Shown here: piece by piece, positions 1-11,055 of the stretch | How the letters are laid out: each line of letters starts with the position of its first letter | Position numbering within the stretch: position 1 is the first letter of the stretch | The notes under the pieces: generated by a model | What the model was told of the DNA's origin: nothing | Database searches by the model: none | What the model saw: the letters and a program-made list of their open reading frames with translations, nothing else | Made by a program: the position numbers and the translations under genes | DNA from: Bdellovibrionota bacterium | Lineage (GTDB): Bacteria; Bdellovibrionota; UBA1018; CAIPTA01; JAALKR01 | Assembly (NCBI GenBank): GCA_965207455.1 | Contig: CBDBMJ010000001.1 | Location: 1,536,001-1,600,000, forward strand | DNA: 64,000 nucleotides | Direction: 5' to 3'

Positions 1-110
1 TGCACAGTCCCTGTAAAAAAAGGTGTGGTATAAGTAAAGACAACATGCCTAAGGGTAAGCAAGAATAGTACCAAAATAGCAAAGATCAGAAAAAAAAGAG
101 CAGAAAAAAA

Positions 111-1427
111 ATGGGTTCCTCTCGAAAAATTAGCGTAAAAAAAGCCAATCTCCAGCAGGCAAAAACTCTACCCATACTAGGGAGCCTAAAGGCCCGTCGC
201 TTGACCTTTCCCAACGGGCTAAAAGTTCTTTTTGTGCGAAGAACCCTGTCTCCCACATTTTCCTACCAGACTTGGTACAATGTGGGTTCCCGTGATGAGG
301 AGTTAAAATTCACTGGAATGGCCCATCTCTTTGAACATATGATGTTCAAGGGCACAAAAAAAAATAAGCAGGGTGTATTTGATCGGATCCTATCTGAAGA
401 AGGCTGCCAGGGACTCAATGCCATGACAAGCACCGATTTTACTGCCTATGTGGGAAGCCTTCCCAAATCGGCCCTTCCCATAGTAGCAGGCCTAGAATCC
501 GACCGAATGACGGGCTTAGTGCTCCATAAAAAACCCTTCGAGTCCGAACGGGAGGTGGTACATAATGAGAGAAAGGAAACGTCTGAGAACCAGCCCGAGG
601 GAAAACTCTACGAAGCCTTAAACATGCTGGCCTTCCAAAAACACTCCTACGGCTGGCCCATCATTGGTTTTGAGAAAGATTTAAACAGAATGACCACCAA
701 AGATTTGGTCCGGTTTTATAAAAAGTTTTATGCTCCCAACAACGCCACCATTGTTATTGTGGGAGACTTGACGGAAGAGGAAGTGGTAAAAACAATTCAT
801 AAATTTTACGGATCCATTCCTCCCTCTACTCTGGAAACAGTCGCCCCACCGGTGGAAGACAAGCAAGAGGAAGAACGCTATAAAGAAATTCCTCTAAAAA
901 TTCATCTGGAAAAAATAGATATTGGGTATAAAGTTCCTGCCATAGATCACCATGACCGTATAGCCCTTTCCATGTTAGATTATATTTTAACCGGTGGACG
1001 TAGTTCTAGACTATACCAAGCGCTAGTAAACTCAGAACAAGCCATAGATGTGAGTTCATACATTCAACAAGGCAAGGATCCCGGTCTTTTCTATCTCTTC
1101 CTTTCCCTACAAGCCAATAAAAAATCACGGGACGCACTGGATATTATAGATAAAGAACTCTTACGTATTGAAAAAAAAGGTGTGTCTGCCTCGGAGCTAT
1201 TGCGTGCAAAAAATAAAATATTGATGAACTTCCACCTCACCATTAAGAATAATAGCTCCATTTGCTATCTTCTAGGAGAGGGAGAAACCATATATGGCGA
1301 CTTCACAAAAGAAATACCAAACCCCGATAGCTTGTCTCGCTTAACCAGTGCCCACATTCAAGAGCTGATCCCCAGGTACTTTCGCAAACACAATCGCTCT
1401 ATTGTTATTGGTAAACCACAAGCATGA
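111..1427 (+). CDS. M16 family zinc metallopeptidase, catalytic subunit
   Basis: Inverted zinc motif HLFEH (HXXEH), NA-TS-D-T motif and FY.P.NA motif; overlaps the next ORF by 4 bp. Confidence 0.92.
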   Translation: MGSSRKISVKKANLQQAKTLPILGSLKARRLTFPNGLKVLFVRRTLSPTFSYQTWYNVGSRDEELKFTGMAHLFEHMMFKGTKKNKQGVFDRILSEEGCQGLNAMTSTDFTAYVGSLPKSALPIVAGLESDRMTGLVLHKKPFESEREVVHNERKETSENQPEGKLYEALNMLAFQKHSYGWPIIGFEKDLNRMTTKDLVRFYKKFYAPNNATIVIVGDLTEEEVVKTIHKFYGSIPPSTLETVAPPVEDKQEEERYKEIPLKIHLEKIDIGYKVPAIDHHDRIALSMLDYILTGGRSSRLYQALVNSEQAIDVSSYIQQGKDPGLFYLFLSLQANKKSRDALDIIDKELLRIEKKGVSASELLRAKNKILMNFHLTIKNNSSICYLLGEGETIYGDFTKEIPNPDSLSRLTSAHIQELIPRYFRKHNRSIVIGKPQA

Positions 1428-2734
1428 CAAGAAAAACCCAAACAAAGAACACTATACTCCTACAACCAGACCGGTCTTCCGCTCTTATCCACATGGGGCT
1501 TTCCTTTAGGGTGGGGGCCATCTACGACCCTCCATCGAAAGCCGGTCTAGCCTCCATAACCACAAGCATGCTCCTAAGGGGTACGAAAAAGAAGTCCTAC
1601 CAACGCTTCCATGAAAAACTCGACGAGCTTGGATCAAAACTATATTTAGACGTCAACAAGGAATCCATAGATATTCTTGGCATCACCCTTTCCCAAAACC
1701 TCGATGCCTTTCTTGCTCTTTTCCGGGAAGCCATTCTAGAGCCAGCCTTTCTCCCCAAAGAATTGAAAAAAGTTCTACAGCAACGAAAGTCCATGCTACA
1801 GGACGAACTGGACACAGACGGGGATATAGCCGCTAGACGATTTCAGGAATATTTTCTCCACGGTCATCCCTACGGTCGATCCACTAGCGGAAGCCTGGAA
1901 TCCTTGGAGCAGATTACAGCAGCAGACGTGCGCACGTTCTATAAAAAATGTTCCTCCCGTATTGCCATTTTTGCAGCCACAGGGGATTTTGAAAGAAAAC
2001 AAATGCACGCAATAGGTACGAAACTCTTAAACGATCTACCGTCCCTAGCGGTTGACTCCATACAAGTGCCCACCCCTGACTGGAATAAGGGTGTGCAAAC
2101 CCTTTTCTTAGAAAAGCCTGGCTGCACACAAAGTCAAATCTATATGGGCACACCGGGAATTGCCTACTCCAGTCCACACTATCACGCAACCACCATTGCC
2201 AGTCATATCTTCGGTGGTGGCTGCTTTCAAGCTAGGCTTATGAAAGAAATACGAGAAAAGCGAGGCTGGAGTTACGGAGCATACGCCTATTTTCGATCAG
2301 CAAGAAAACCTCTGTATTATGCCATGCACACTACCCCTTCCAACGAAAACACAAGTGGGGCTGTGCAACTGATGTTAAAACTCTATAATGACTTTGTACG
2401 CAAAGGCGTAACCAAAGAAGAGTTTCTGTTTGCAAAAAAAAGCATCTATAACCAGAGCGCCTTTATTCAAGACACACTACAGAAGAAACTCAGTAACAGT
2501 GTAGCGGAAAATATTTTGGAACTGCCTAAGGGTTTCTATGCAAACTACCAAAAAAATATCTCTATGATGACTCATAAAAAGGTACAGGCTGCCATTCAAG
2601 CACAATGGAGAAACAAGAGCCTATTTATCATGGTTTTGGGAAGCGGCGCTTTATGGAAAGCAGACTTGGAAAAAATAAAAGCCATGGGTCGTGTTTCCAG
2701 TCATACCTATGATGCTTCACCGTCCTTATTATAA
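1424..2734 (+). CDS. M16 family peptidase, non-catalytic partner subunit
   Basis: M16-type motifs (HPYG, RL...IREKRGWSYG) but no HXXEH; coupled to the catalytic paralogue. Confidence 0.88.
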   Translation: MTRKTQTKNTILLQPDRSSALIHMGLSFRVGAIYDPPSKAGLASITTSMLLRGTKKKSYQRFHEKLDELGSKLYLDVNKESIDILGITLSQNLDAFLALFREAILEPAFLPKELKKVLQQRKSMLQDELDTDGDIAARRFQEYFLHGHPYGRSTSGSLESLEQITAADVRTFYKKCSSRIAIFAATGDFERKQMHAIGTKLLNDLPSLAVDSIQVPTPDWNKGVQTLFLEKPGCTQSQIYMGTPGIAYSSPHYHATTIASHIFGGGCFQARLMKEIREKRGWSYGAYAYFRSARKPLYYAMHTTPSNENTSGAVQLMLKLYNDFVRKGVTKEEFLFAKKSIYNQSAFIQDTLQKKLSNSVAENILELPKGFYANYQKNISMMTHKKVQAAIQAQWRNKSLFIMVLGSGALWKADLEKIKAMGRVSSHTYDASPSLL

Positions 2735-2945
2735 TAAAAGGTAAACTGCTAGCGTTATACAGGCTGCCTGTATTTTTCTTCCTTTTTTCGCAACGTTTTC
2801 TTGTATTGTAAAAATTCCTTGGGTTATATTTGTTATGCATAAGAATGTTTTTATTTTTGCCGCTACTATTCATGAAAAAAATATCGTAAAATTAAAGGAA
2901 TCAAACAAAGAATGTGTGTGTATTAAAAACTAAGGAGTGTGACTT

Positions 2946-5453
2946 ATGACAGGAAGTGATAAGAAGAGCGAAAAAAAGATATTTATTGTTCCCATGCTGC
3001 CGTTACGAGAGGTAATTATTTTTCCTCACATGGTGGTGCCTCTATTTGTGGGTAGAGAAAAATCCATTGAAGCATTGGAGGCTGCGATCCAGAACAAGTT
3101 AAGTCTCTTCCTCTGTGCTCAGAAAGACGCTTCCGTAGTAAACCCAAAGCAAGAAGATATTTATTCCATGGGTACGCTAGGCACCATCGTCCAACTAGTA
3201 AAACTTCCCGACAATACTGTAAAAATATTAATAGAGGGAAAGAAGCGTGCCATAGGTAGAAAAATTATTCCCAATGATAAGTTTATGCAAATGGAGGTAG
3301 AAGAACTTGAGGAGCCAAAAGTAAACCCCGTGCGCCTAGAAGCCCTACTCCGAAGCATTAAAACAGTTTTTGAAAATTATGTGAAATTCAACAAACGTAT
3401 TCCACCCGAAGTGGTGATGAATATTTCGTCTATTAATGAGCCTTCTCGCTTGGGTGATATTATTGTGGCTCACCTAACATTGCGTCCTGAGGAAAAGCAG
3501 AAAGTTTTGGAGTTACTGGATCCAGCGAAACGTTTAGAAAAAATTCTTGCTCTTATGCAAGGAGAAATTGAAATTTTACAGGTGGAACGAAAAATACGTT
3601 CTCGCGTGAAAAAACAGATGGAAAAAAATCAAAAAGAATACTACTTAAATGAGCAAATCAATGCCATTCAAAAGGAACTTGGGGATAAGGACGAGTTTAA
3701 AGTGGAGTTAAATGAAATTGAAGAAAAAATTGAAACTGCGGAGCTTTCTCAGGAAGCAAGAGAGAAGGTAGAAAAAGAGTTTCGTAAGTTCAAAACCATG
3801 TCTCCCATGAGTGCGGAAGCCACCGTTGTTCGGAACTATATCGACTGGATCCTTTCTCTCCCTTGGGGTAAACATTCCAAAGATAACTGGGACTTAAAAA
3901 AAGCAGAAAAATCCTTAAAAAATGATCACTACGGATTAGACGACGTGAGAGAGCGTATTTTGGAATTCCTGGCTGTGCGCACACTTACTCAAAACGCCAA
4001 AGGTTCCATTCTGTGTTTTGCAGGACCACCGGGAGTGGGAAAAACTTCCCTAGCCAAATCTATCGCCGCAGCCGTGAATAAAAAATTTGTTCGCGCTAGT
4101 TTAGGTGGTGTCCGGGATGAAGCGGAGATCAGGGGACACAGGAGAACATACGTGGGTGCCCTACCTGGAAAAATTTTACAATCCTTAAAAAAGGCAGGTA
4201 CCTCTAACCCTGTCTTTCTATTGGATGAAATAGATAAAATGAGCTCAGACTTCCGGGGAGACCCATCTAGCGCTCTTCTCGAAGTGCTGGACCCGGAACA
4301 AAACTCCACATTCATGGACCATTACCTAGAAGTGGAATTTGACTTGTCGAAAATTCTTTTCATATTGACGGCCAATTCCCTGCACACCATTCCCCGTCCA
4401 CTCTTGGATCGCATGGAGGTGATTACTCTTCCCGGCTATACCCTTAATGAAAAAACACATATTGCGAAAGATTATTTAGTTCCTCGACAAATAAAAGCCC
4501 ATGGGCTTAGAGAAGATAAATTTAAAATTCCTGTGCAGGTGATTCGTCAACTGATCCAACAGTATACAAGAGAGGCTGGAGTACGAAATTTAGAACGGGA
4601 AATATCTAATCTATGTAGAAAAACAGCCTATCAAATTGTACGAGGAGCCAGTGATGCCTTGAAAAATAAACGCTTAGATCCTCGCAATCTAATCAATAAT
4701 GCCTTGAAAAAAATAATCATCGTTCAAGCCAAAGCGTTGAAGAAAATTCTTGGTCCAGCAAAATACACTATCAGTAAGACGGAAGAAAAATCGGAAGTGG
4801 GTCTGGTTAACGGTCTTGCATGGACAGAGGCTGGAGGCGACATGCTCCAAGTGGAAGTAGCCGTGCTCCCCGGAAAAGGCAGCTTAAAAATCACGGGCAA
4901 ACTCGGAGATGTGATGCAGGAAAGTGCACAGGCTGCCATGAGTTACGTGCGCGCCCGATCCGCTCTTCTTGACCTAGAAGAAAAGTTTTTTGAAAAAGTG
5001 GACATACATGTGCATGTGCCAGAGGGAGCCGTACCCAAGGATGGTCCCTCTGCTGGTATCACCATTGCCACAGCCCTAACCAGCGCACTCATAAAGGTTC
5101 CTGCCAAAAAGAACGTGGCCATGACAGGGGAGATCACCCTCAGGGGAAGAGTGCTTCCCATCGGTGGACTCAAGGAAAAACTTATTGCTGCTAAAGTGGG
5201 CGGTGCCACCACCATTATCTTTCCTAAAGAAAATGAAAAGGATCTGGATCAAGTCTCCCAAGAAATTAAAAAAGGTCTCACCCTATACCCCGTTATCAGT
5301 ACGGATGAGGTGCTGCGACTAGCCTTAGATATTCGCGATGCGTCGAACTTTATGCGGAAAAACAAAACTGGTACTAAAAAATCAAGATCAAGAAACCCCC
5401 TTAAAAATAAAGAGAAAAATAAGAGCGGCTCTATTACCAGCATCGCCCAATAG
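2946..5453 (+). CDS. lon: Lon ATP-dependent protease
   Basis: N-domain LPLR...FP, Walker [20 protein letters not shown], protease motif PKDGPSAG. Confidence 0.98.
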   Translation: MTGSDKKSEKKIFIVPMLPLREVIIFPHMVVPLFVGREKSIEALEAAIQNKLSLFLCAQKDASVVNPKQEDIYSMGTLGTIVQLVKLPDNTVKILIEGKKRAIGRKIIPNDKFMQMEVEELEEPKVNPVRLEALLRSIKTVFENYVKFNKRIPPEVVMNISSINEPSRLGDIIVAHLTLRPEEKQKVLELLDPAKRLEKILALMQGEIEILQVERKIRSRVKKQMEKNQKEYYLNEQINAIQKELGDKDEFKVELNEIEEKIETAELSQEAREKVEKEFRKFKTMSPMSAEATVVRNYIDWILSLPWGKHSKDNWDLKKAEKSLKNDHYGLDDVRERILEFLAVRTLTQNAKGSILCFAGPPGVGKTSLAKSIAAAVNKKFVRASLGGVRDEAEIRGHRRTYVGALPGKILQSLKKAGTSNPVFLLDEIDKMSSDFRGDPSSALLEVLDPEQNSTFMDHYLEVEFDLSKILFILTANSLHTIPRPLLDRMEVITLPGYTLNEKTHIAKDYLVPRQIKAHGLREDKFKIPVQVIRQLIQQYTREAGVRNLEREISNLCRKTAYQIVRGASDALKNKRLDPRNLINNALKKIIIVQAKALKKILGPAKYTISKTEEKSEVGLVNGLAWTEAGGDMLQVEVAVLPGKGSLKITGKLGDVMQESAQAAMSYVRARSALLDLEEKFFEKVDIHVHVPEGAVPKDGPSAGITIATALTSALIKVPAKKNVAMTGEITLRGRVLPIGGLKEKLIAAKVGGATTIIFPKENEKDLDQVSQEIKKGLTLYPVISTDEVLRLALDIRDASNFMRKNKTGTKKSRSRNPLKNKEKNKSGSITSIAQ

Positions 5454-5530
5454 CGCCACTTTCTTCATTTGCATTAGATTACAATTGACGGCTGGGCAAA
5501 AGAATACTACGAATAAGATTATAGTCTGTG

Positions 5531-5606
5531 GGGCCGTTAGCTCAGCTGGGAGAGCGCCACCCTTACAAGGTGGATGTCGGCAGTTCGATCCTGTCACGGC
5601 TCACCA
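5531..5606 (+). tRNA. tRNA-Val (anticodon TAC)
   Basis: Acceptor stem GGGCCGT/ACGGCTC, D-arm AGCTCAG-GG, anticodon arm CCACC-CTTACAA-GGTGG, GTTCGA T-loop, encoded CCA. Confidence 0.97.
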
Positions 5607-5615
5607 ACTCACTGG

Positions 5616-6179
5616 CTAGCAAAATACCCAGAAAATCTCTATTTTTTCAGAATCCAGCTTTTCTTTTATTTTCTCCGTTGCCTCTGGGAAATTTGCCTTA
5701 AACTGTTCAATTGCTTCTTGAGAACACTTAGGGTGCTTGGAACGTCCGGATATCCAAACAATATTAAGCCTATCTAGGAGAGCATACACTCCCGATAACG
5801 AATAACAGGAGTCGAATTTATTCGCTAATAAATCCCGAATCTCCCAAGCTGTTATCCTTCCACCATCCTTAGATTCTTGGAGCTTATCCAGCTCTAATTT
5901 AAATGATTCCTCTGCATCAGGGGGTAAGCGAGGCTTTCTGCCACGACCTTCTCTACATATAAGACCCTCATAGTCATAGGCTGCAAAACGCTCTAGCCAA
6001 GATTTCACAGATTTGTCACTATACCGAACAATACATGCAACTTCCTCGACTGTTTTCCCTTCTTGAAAATTTAATAGAGCCAGCAACTTGACTTTTATTG
6101 ACGCATTTCTTTCCACCTTGTAGGTAGCTAAGAAATTATAATCATGAATTTTACTGGTTAGTTCCTTTATTTTTAGCAC
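5616..6179 (-). pseudogene. IS630-family transposase N-terminal (HTH) fragment
   Basis: Motifs as above; catalytic DDE domain absent. Confidence 0.78.
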
Positions 6180-6260
6180 TCAAAAAGAATAACCCCATTT
6201 TATCAAAAACACCGGTCCCAGTGCGTCAGAAAACCGTAGTTATTTTCTGTAATTGGTATA
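5616..6260 (-). mobile_element. Truncated IS630-family insertion sequence (left end plus HTH portion)
   Basis: ORF 5616..6179 has IS630-type HTH and winged-helix motifs (W..RF...G, GRGRKPRL, YSLSGVYALLDRL..VW...R.KHP). It stops at IEIFW, just before where the DDE domain would begin. A candidate end TA|TACCAATTACAG lies near 6260. Confidence 0.75.
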
Positions 6261-6481
6261 ATCTGCGCTAATAAAAGAAACTCAATAGGAACTTCATATC
6301 TTTTTCTTGGATCAGGAAAGGACTTTAATACATCCTGCAAGAACCCTGCATCGAGAGCATACTTGGCAATGGAATCGACCGGCATTTTTTGGCTTATTCT
6401 AACAGACTCTGTAATACCCTTCTTCAGTGATTCAATCGTCTTTTTCTTATCATTTTTTATTATTGGTAGATCAGGAAACAT
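6203..6481 (-). pseudogene. Probable N-terminal fragment of a DDE transposase, interrupted by the IS630 end
   Basis: FPDPRK..Y motif resembles the N-termini of ISAs1/IS4-like transposases; the last codons run through the putative IS630 end. Confidence 0.5.
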
Positions 6482-6634
6482 TCTAAAAGGTTAAATTATT
6501 TTTGATCAAAACGCATGATTATTTTTCATACACGGTATTGGGGTTCAAATGAAGAATTTTTCAACACTCTTTCTTGTATTTATTTTTTCTTTGACACGAA
6601 TTCTCTCCGTTTCACAACCATTTAAGTTTATATT

Positions 6635-6661
6635 TAAAGAATACAGTATTTTTACCGATAT
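6635..6661 (+). promoter_or_regulatory. Sigma28 (FliA)-like promoter of the Sel1 gene
   Basis: TAAAGAAT-N11-ACCGATAT versus consensus TAAAGTTT-N11-GCCGATAA; AGGAGG RBS downstream. Confidence 0.6.
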
Positions 6662-6700
6662 ATATTCAAGAGTACTTAAATTTTAGGAGGATAATCAAAA

Positions 6701-7627
6701 ATGAAAAAAACAGAATTAATTTTTGTTTGGTTGCTTGCTTTTAGCACTGTATCCAATACAGGTTATACTCAGCCGATAGATCGAATGAAGAAAGAAACAT
6801 TAGCTCAAATAAAGAAAGAAGCATTAGCTCAAATGAAGAAAGAAGCATTAGCCGGGACATTAGGAGCTCGGTTTAATTTCGCTGAGGTATACCATTATGG
6901 AAACGGTGTGGAGCGAGATTTCAAGCAAGCGATTTATTGGTATAAAAAAGCAGCGGACGGAGGAGATATAACGGCAGCATTTGCTTTAGGTGGTATGTAT
7001 TATAGAGGAGAGGGTACGAAGCAAAACGATAAGGAAGCATTTCGTTGGTATAAAAAAGCAGCAGAAGGGGAGTTTGCAGATGCTCAACTTGCTTTAGGTG
7101 ATATATATTCTAACAGAAGGGGTACGAAGCAAAACGATAAGGAAGCATTTCGTTGGTATAAAAAAGCATTTCACTCTTATCAAAAAGGAGTAAAGTTGGG
7201 GGTTGCAAGAACTCAATTTCTTTTAGGTAATATGTATTACAAGGGAAAGGGTACTAATGTAGATTATAAGAAAGCATTTCGTTGGTATAAAAAAGCAGCA
7301 GGTCAGGGTAATGCAAAAGCTCAATCTGCCCTTGCTTCTATGTACTTTGATGGACTAGGTACTAAAATAGATAATAAGACGGCAGTATACTGGTATAGAA
7401 AAGCAGCAGGTCAGGGTAATGCAAAAGCTCAAGCTTATTTAGGCATAATATATTATCGGGGAGAAGGTGTTTCTCAAGATAATGGAAGGGCATTGTATTG
7501 GTTTCGAAAGGCGAGCGATCAAGGACACGAACTTTTTCAACAAGCTATTGGACTTGTTCTCCAACCTTCTTCCTATGCACCATATCGTAAAAGCGGATCA
7601 GGAGGCCACAGTGAATCAGGGAACTAA
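6701..7627 (+). CDS. Secreted Sel1-repeat (SLR) protein
   Basis: Signal-peptide-like N-terminus; about 6 repeats of A...LG.MYY.G.G...D...A..WY.KAA..G. Confidence 0.93.
   Translation: MKKTELIFVWLLAFSTVSNTGYTQPIDRMKKETLAQIKKEALAQMKKEALAGTLGARFNFAEVYHYGNGVERDFKQAIYWYKKAADGGDITAAFALGGMYYRGEGTKQNDKEAFRWYKKAAEGEFADAQLALGDIYSNRRGTKQNDKEAFRWYKKAFHSYQKGVKLGVARTQFLLGNMYYKGKGTNVDYKKAFRWYKKAAGQGNAKAQSALASMYFDGLGTKIDNKTAVYWYRKAAGQGNAKAQAYLGIIYYRGEGVSQDNGRALYWFRKASDQGHELFQQAIGLVLQPSSYAPYRKSGSGGHSESGN
6785..6853 (+). repeat. About 3 x 24-bp tandem repeat (xKKEALAQ) after the signal peptide
   Basis: atgaagaaagaaacattagctcaa / ataaagaaagaagcattagctcaa / atgaagaaagaagcattagcc. Confidence 0.85.
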
Positions 7628-7916
7628 AATAGTGATCTTTCCCGCTTTAGCGTGTACGCCATTTTTGATCCGATCCACAGTGGTTTTTCGTTCAAACTGT
7701 CCCCCTGTTTCAGGGAACTTGTCCCTTTTCATGATCTGTGTGAGTCCGGCTGATTTTTCTTAAAAGCTATGATTCCGTAGTTTTTTATCAACAATAGAGG
7801 GCAAGAAAGGCTGGTTCAATTTAGTCAAGTTATTAGGGTGGGTCAATATATTGTAGCTTTTTCCTCTGTTTCGTGGTAGGCTACATCGTGTATTAAAAAT
7901 AAGGAGTTCGCTTTGC

Positions 7917-8180
7917 ATGGTAAAGAAGGTTGCTAAAAAGAAAAAAAGTAAAAAGCAGCAGGAGAAAGAGGCTGTGGCTGAGGCTGCAGATTATGCTGCC
8001 CTAATGAAAGAGGCTACCATGGAGCCCTCTTCCTACAAAATTTCCGATCTATACGAGACGGGCACTATTATTAGTCACAGCAAGTTTGGCAGGGGGGTTG
8101 TGAAGGAGTCCTACCAAAAGGAAAGTAAAATGACCGTTTTATTTGAAAAGGGAGCACGAACTCTAGCCCAAGGTCGCTAG
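7917..8180 (+). CDS. Small hypothetical protein with Tudor/SH3-like domain
   Basis: AGGAG RBS; G.I.H.KFG.G.V...K..VLF motif resembles the PcrA/UvrD C-terminal Tudor-like domain. Confidence 0.65.
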   Translation: MVKKVAKKKKSKKQQEKEAVAEAADYAALMKEATMEPSSYKISDLYETGTIISHSKFGRGVVKESYQKESKMTVLFEKGARTLAQGR

Positions 8181-8200
8181 AGTGAGTCAAGGCTGCCACA

Positions 8201-8422
8201 TTGAGTAAGGAAGAGTTAATTGAAGCCAAGGGAGAAGTTGTAAAAGTTGCAGGCAACGGTGTATATGAGATTGTCTTGGAATCCGGTCATAAAGTTTTGG
8301 GTCGACTGACAGGAAAAATGTCCAAATTTCGAATTCGTATTATTCCAGGAGATAAAGTAAGAATGAAGTTATCTCCCTACGACCTTAGCCACGGCCTAAT
8401 TACCTATAGAGAGCGGGCTTAA
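8201..8422 (+). CDS. infA: Translation initiation factor IF-1
   Basis: SKEELIE..G.V, GKM.KFRIRI.PGDKV...LSPYDL..G.ITYR. Confidence 0.97.
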   Translation: MSKEELIEAKGEVVKVAGNGVYEIVLESGHKVLGRLTGKMSKFRIRIIPGDKVRMKLSPYDLSHGLITYRERA

Positions 8423-9261
8423 AAAACAATACGAATCCCTCCCACATGGTCATACTGCGTATGAATGTCCGTGGTCGTTCGCACAGTGTACTCAAAGGTT
8501 GTTCGTGGTCCGTTCCACATAAGACCAATGCTATGGCCCTTTCTGCCCGACTTAATATTTCTCATAACTCCTCCGGAGAAAATAAATTGTTTGTACACGG
8601 TCAGTTCCCCAGCAACGGACCAGGAGAGATTACCGTCATCCACACTGGAAAGCTTCCTGCCGGCACTGAGGTAGAGATTAAGAGGGCCTAGGATGTCGTA
8701 ACGAAGGCCCAGGGATGCATTGCGACTCTCTTCCCCTAGCTTGTTGTGTATATTCTCCAAAGTAAGCCCCAGATTAAGTTTAGAGGTTAGGAGTATCATG
8801 CCACCGACGTCGCCATAAAAGTGGGCAATATCGTTTTTTCTCACATACTTTAGCCGAGCGCCTAGGGACATTCTTCTGGAAAAGGTGGTACCTAGAACGC
8901 CTGTCCACGTCTTGCGTCGCCCAGAGTAGGAGCTTCCCAATAAGGACGGTTCGTCTCTCGCACTTGTGCTATAGGCAACAGCTCCCTTGAGTTTCTTGGA
9001 ACTCACAGCATCATACATGCCTAAATGTATGTCCTGCCCCCTGCTATTTTCCCTCCCTTCCTTTGTAATCCGGGAATAGTAAAAAAACATCGCATTTTTA
9101 CGAATAAAGGCGACTGCCGCTGGGTTTCCAAACACGGAGTCCGAGGGAAGGCCTGAAGCAGCTCCACCCACAAGACCGTGTATTCGTGGCGTATACGACC
9201 GGGCTGACGCTGAGAGCATGCAGCAAACAAAAATAAAAAATAATGTTATTTTTCCCATCAA
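8419..9261 (-). CDS. Putative outer-membrane beta-barrel protein
   Basis: Signal peptide, early NPA motif, alternating hydrophobic strands, C-terminal Phe. Confidence 0.65.
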   Translation of the reverse strand: MMGKITLFFIFVCCMLSASARSYTPRIHGLVGGAASGLPSDSVFGNPAAVAFIRKNAMFFYYSRITKEGRENSRGQDIHLGMYDAVSSKKLKGAVAYSTSARDEPSLLGSSYSGRRKTWTGVLGTTFSRRMSLGARLKYVRKNDIAHFYGDVGGMILLTSKLNLGLTLENIHNKLGEESRNASLGLRYDILGPLNLYLSAGRKLSSVDDGNLSWSVAGELTVYKQFIFSGGVMRNIKSGRKGHSIGLMWNGPRTTFEYTVRTTTDIHTQYDHVGGIRIVF

Positions 9262-9337
9262 TTCCCCTTACACTCTTATTTTGCAGCATTTTGTTATTCA
9301 AATCCAATGCTTTTTGCTAGGGTCTTATGGGAGGGAA

Positions 9338-10162
9338 ATGGCAGGTATTCGTACAGCAGTGATTCCAGTGGCAGGTAGGGGCACTCGACTCCAACCCATC
9401 ACTAGGGCGATTCCCAAGGAGTTGCTTCCCATCGTGGATCGTCCAATGATAGAGTATGTGGTCCGGGAGGCTCTGGAGGCCGGGATAGAGGAAATTATTC
9501 TTATCTCTTCCTCTGAAAAGCCTTCCATCGAGAATTACCTTTCTGAGACGTTTCCTAAAGTAAGGTTTCGTTCCTTGCAGCAGCCTTCCCCCTTGGGTTT
9601 AGGTCATGCCATTGCTTGTGCAAGGCCTGCGGTGAAAAATGAAGCATTTGCTGTTCTACTGAGCGACGATATCATGGTGAGCACAAATCCCTGTATTGGT
9701 CAGTTGATGGAGGTCCATAATAAATACGAGGGTGCTCCTGTGGTGGGCATGATAAAAGTGAGACCTGCCGAGACTGTTCATTATGGTATTGCTGATGGAA
9801 AAGAAATCCAGAAAGGGTTGTTAGAGATAAATAATCTCTTGGAAAAGCCAAAATTAGGTGAGGTTTCTTCTTGCTGGGCGCTTCCAGGTCGATATATTCT
9901 CAGTCCAGAAATTTTCGACATACTGGATGAGGCAAAGCCATCGGTGGGAGGAGAGATACAGCTCACCGACTCTCTAGATCGTTTGGCAAAAGCTCGTCCA
10001 CTCTATGGTTTAGAATTAGAGGCGCATCGCTTCGACGTTGGTAACAGACTCGGGCTCATCCGGGCCACACTACATTTTGCCCTTTCCCGAAAGGAGCTTA
10101 GAGATGGTATTGTGGAAATAACAGAGGAAATAATAGAAAAAATAAAAGGAAACAAGCTATGA
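9338..10162 (+). CDS. galU: UTP-glucose-1-phosphate uridylyltransferase
   Basis: AVIPVAG.GTRL.P.T.A.PKELLP, PLGLGHAI, EKP, GEIQLTD; start placed at ATG 9338 after a GGAGG RBS (the ORF track starts at 9218). Confidence 0.93.
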   Translation: MAGIRTAVIPVAGRGTRLQPITRAIPKELLPIVDRPMIEYVVREALEAGIEEIILISSSEKPSIENYLSETFPKVRFRSLQQPSPLGLGHAIACARPAVKNEAFAVLLSDDIMVSTNPCIGQLMEVHNKYEGAPVVGMIKVRPAETVHYGIADGKEIQKGLLEINNLLEKPKLGEVSSCWALPGRYILSPEIFDILDEAKPSVGGEIQLTDSLDRLAKARPLYGLELEAHRFDVGNRLGLIRATLHFALSRKELRDGIVEITEEIIEKIKGNKL

Positions 10163-11055
10163 CAAAAAGTATAAAAACCTTGCAGGGATTTGCTCTTCTC
10201 ACCGTTGCTCTTCTTTTCCCATTGGAGCAGGCGCTTTCCCATATTGTTCCTGCCTATTATATGGCAGAGCGGATCACTCGACCCAAAAAAGACGTACAAG
10301 AGGTGCTCATAGGTTATCGTCTATTCTTTCCTTCCAGCAGCACCAGCAAAAAGATACTCTGGGAGGATCGTTTATATTTTTCTAGTAATGTTGGATTGAA
10401 GGCAACAACACAACAGGCTGTGCCCTTTCTTCCCATGCTCCTAGAGTCCTCTCCTGAAGCATTACTCCATGCTTGGCGAGCTTTTGGTCTACCCACGCCG
10501 TCGGAAAAAGATTTAGTAAAGGTATATGATCCTGAATCCACGCTTGAATCCAAACTTAAATCCACAATTGAGGATCCTTTAGCCAAGCACAGGAAGTTTT
10601 TCCCTCCTCGTAGGCTTTTTTATATTGAAGACAAGAGTGTCACGATCGATCAATATAATGAAGCCATTGTGTATAAAATAGTTGACGAAAAAAAAGAGAG
10701 GAAAATTTTCATTCGTAGAAACAATTTTCGTCCCATTGCCATGGAGTATGCTTGCCCTGAGGAACTATACGACCTGAAGGGTGGGAGTGCCGAAAAAGAT
10801 CCATGCACGATAGAGTTTAGTGAGTTTTCCAGGAATAAAAAGATACCTTTCCGGGCCCACCTAAAAATAGGCAAAAGAAGTATTCTCACCTTTGAAATCT
10901 TTAAAATTCGCATCAACCCTTCCAAAAAAATCATGGACGAATTCAGGACTTTCCCTAGGAAAAAGCTTTTAGGCGACGAGGATGAAATCATTCCCATATT
11001 TCATAAATACTTCCTCAGTCAAGGCCTCGGTCAAAGAGAAACGTTCAAACAATGA
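10159..11055 (+). CDS. Hypothetical exported protein, possibly LolA-like fold
   Basis: Signal-peptide-like N-terminus; overlaps both galU and priA by 4 bp; beta-rich C-terminal half. The fold call is an inference. Confidence 0.6.
   Translation: MTKSIKTLQGFALLTVALLFPLEQALSHIVPAYYMAERITRPKKDVQEVLIGYRLFFPSSSTSKKILWEDRLYFSSNVGLKATTQQAVPFLPMLLESSPEALLHAWRAFGLPTPSEKDLVKVYDPESTLESKLKSTIEDPLAKHRKFFPPRRLFYIEDKSVTIDQYNEAIVYKIVDEKKERKIFIRRNNFRPIAMEYACPEELYDLKGGSAEKDPCTIEFSEFSRNKKIPFRAHLKIGKRSILTFEIFKIRINPSKKIMDEFRTFPRKKLLGDEDEIIPIFHKYFLSQGLGQRETFKQ

Noticed and set aside
7560..7800. Possible transposase C-terminal relic on the minus strand, overlapping the end of the Sel1 gene
   Set aside because: Only a vague resemblance across broken frames; cannot be supported without a search.
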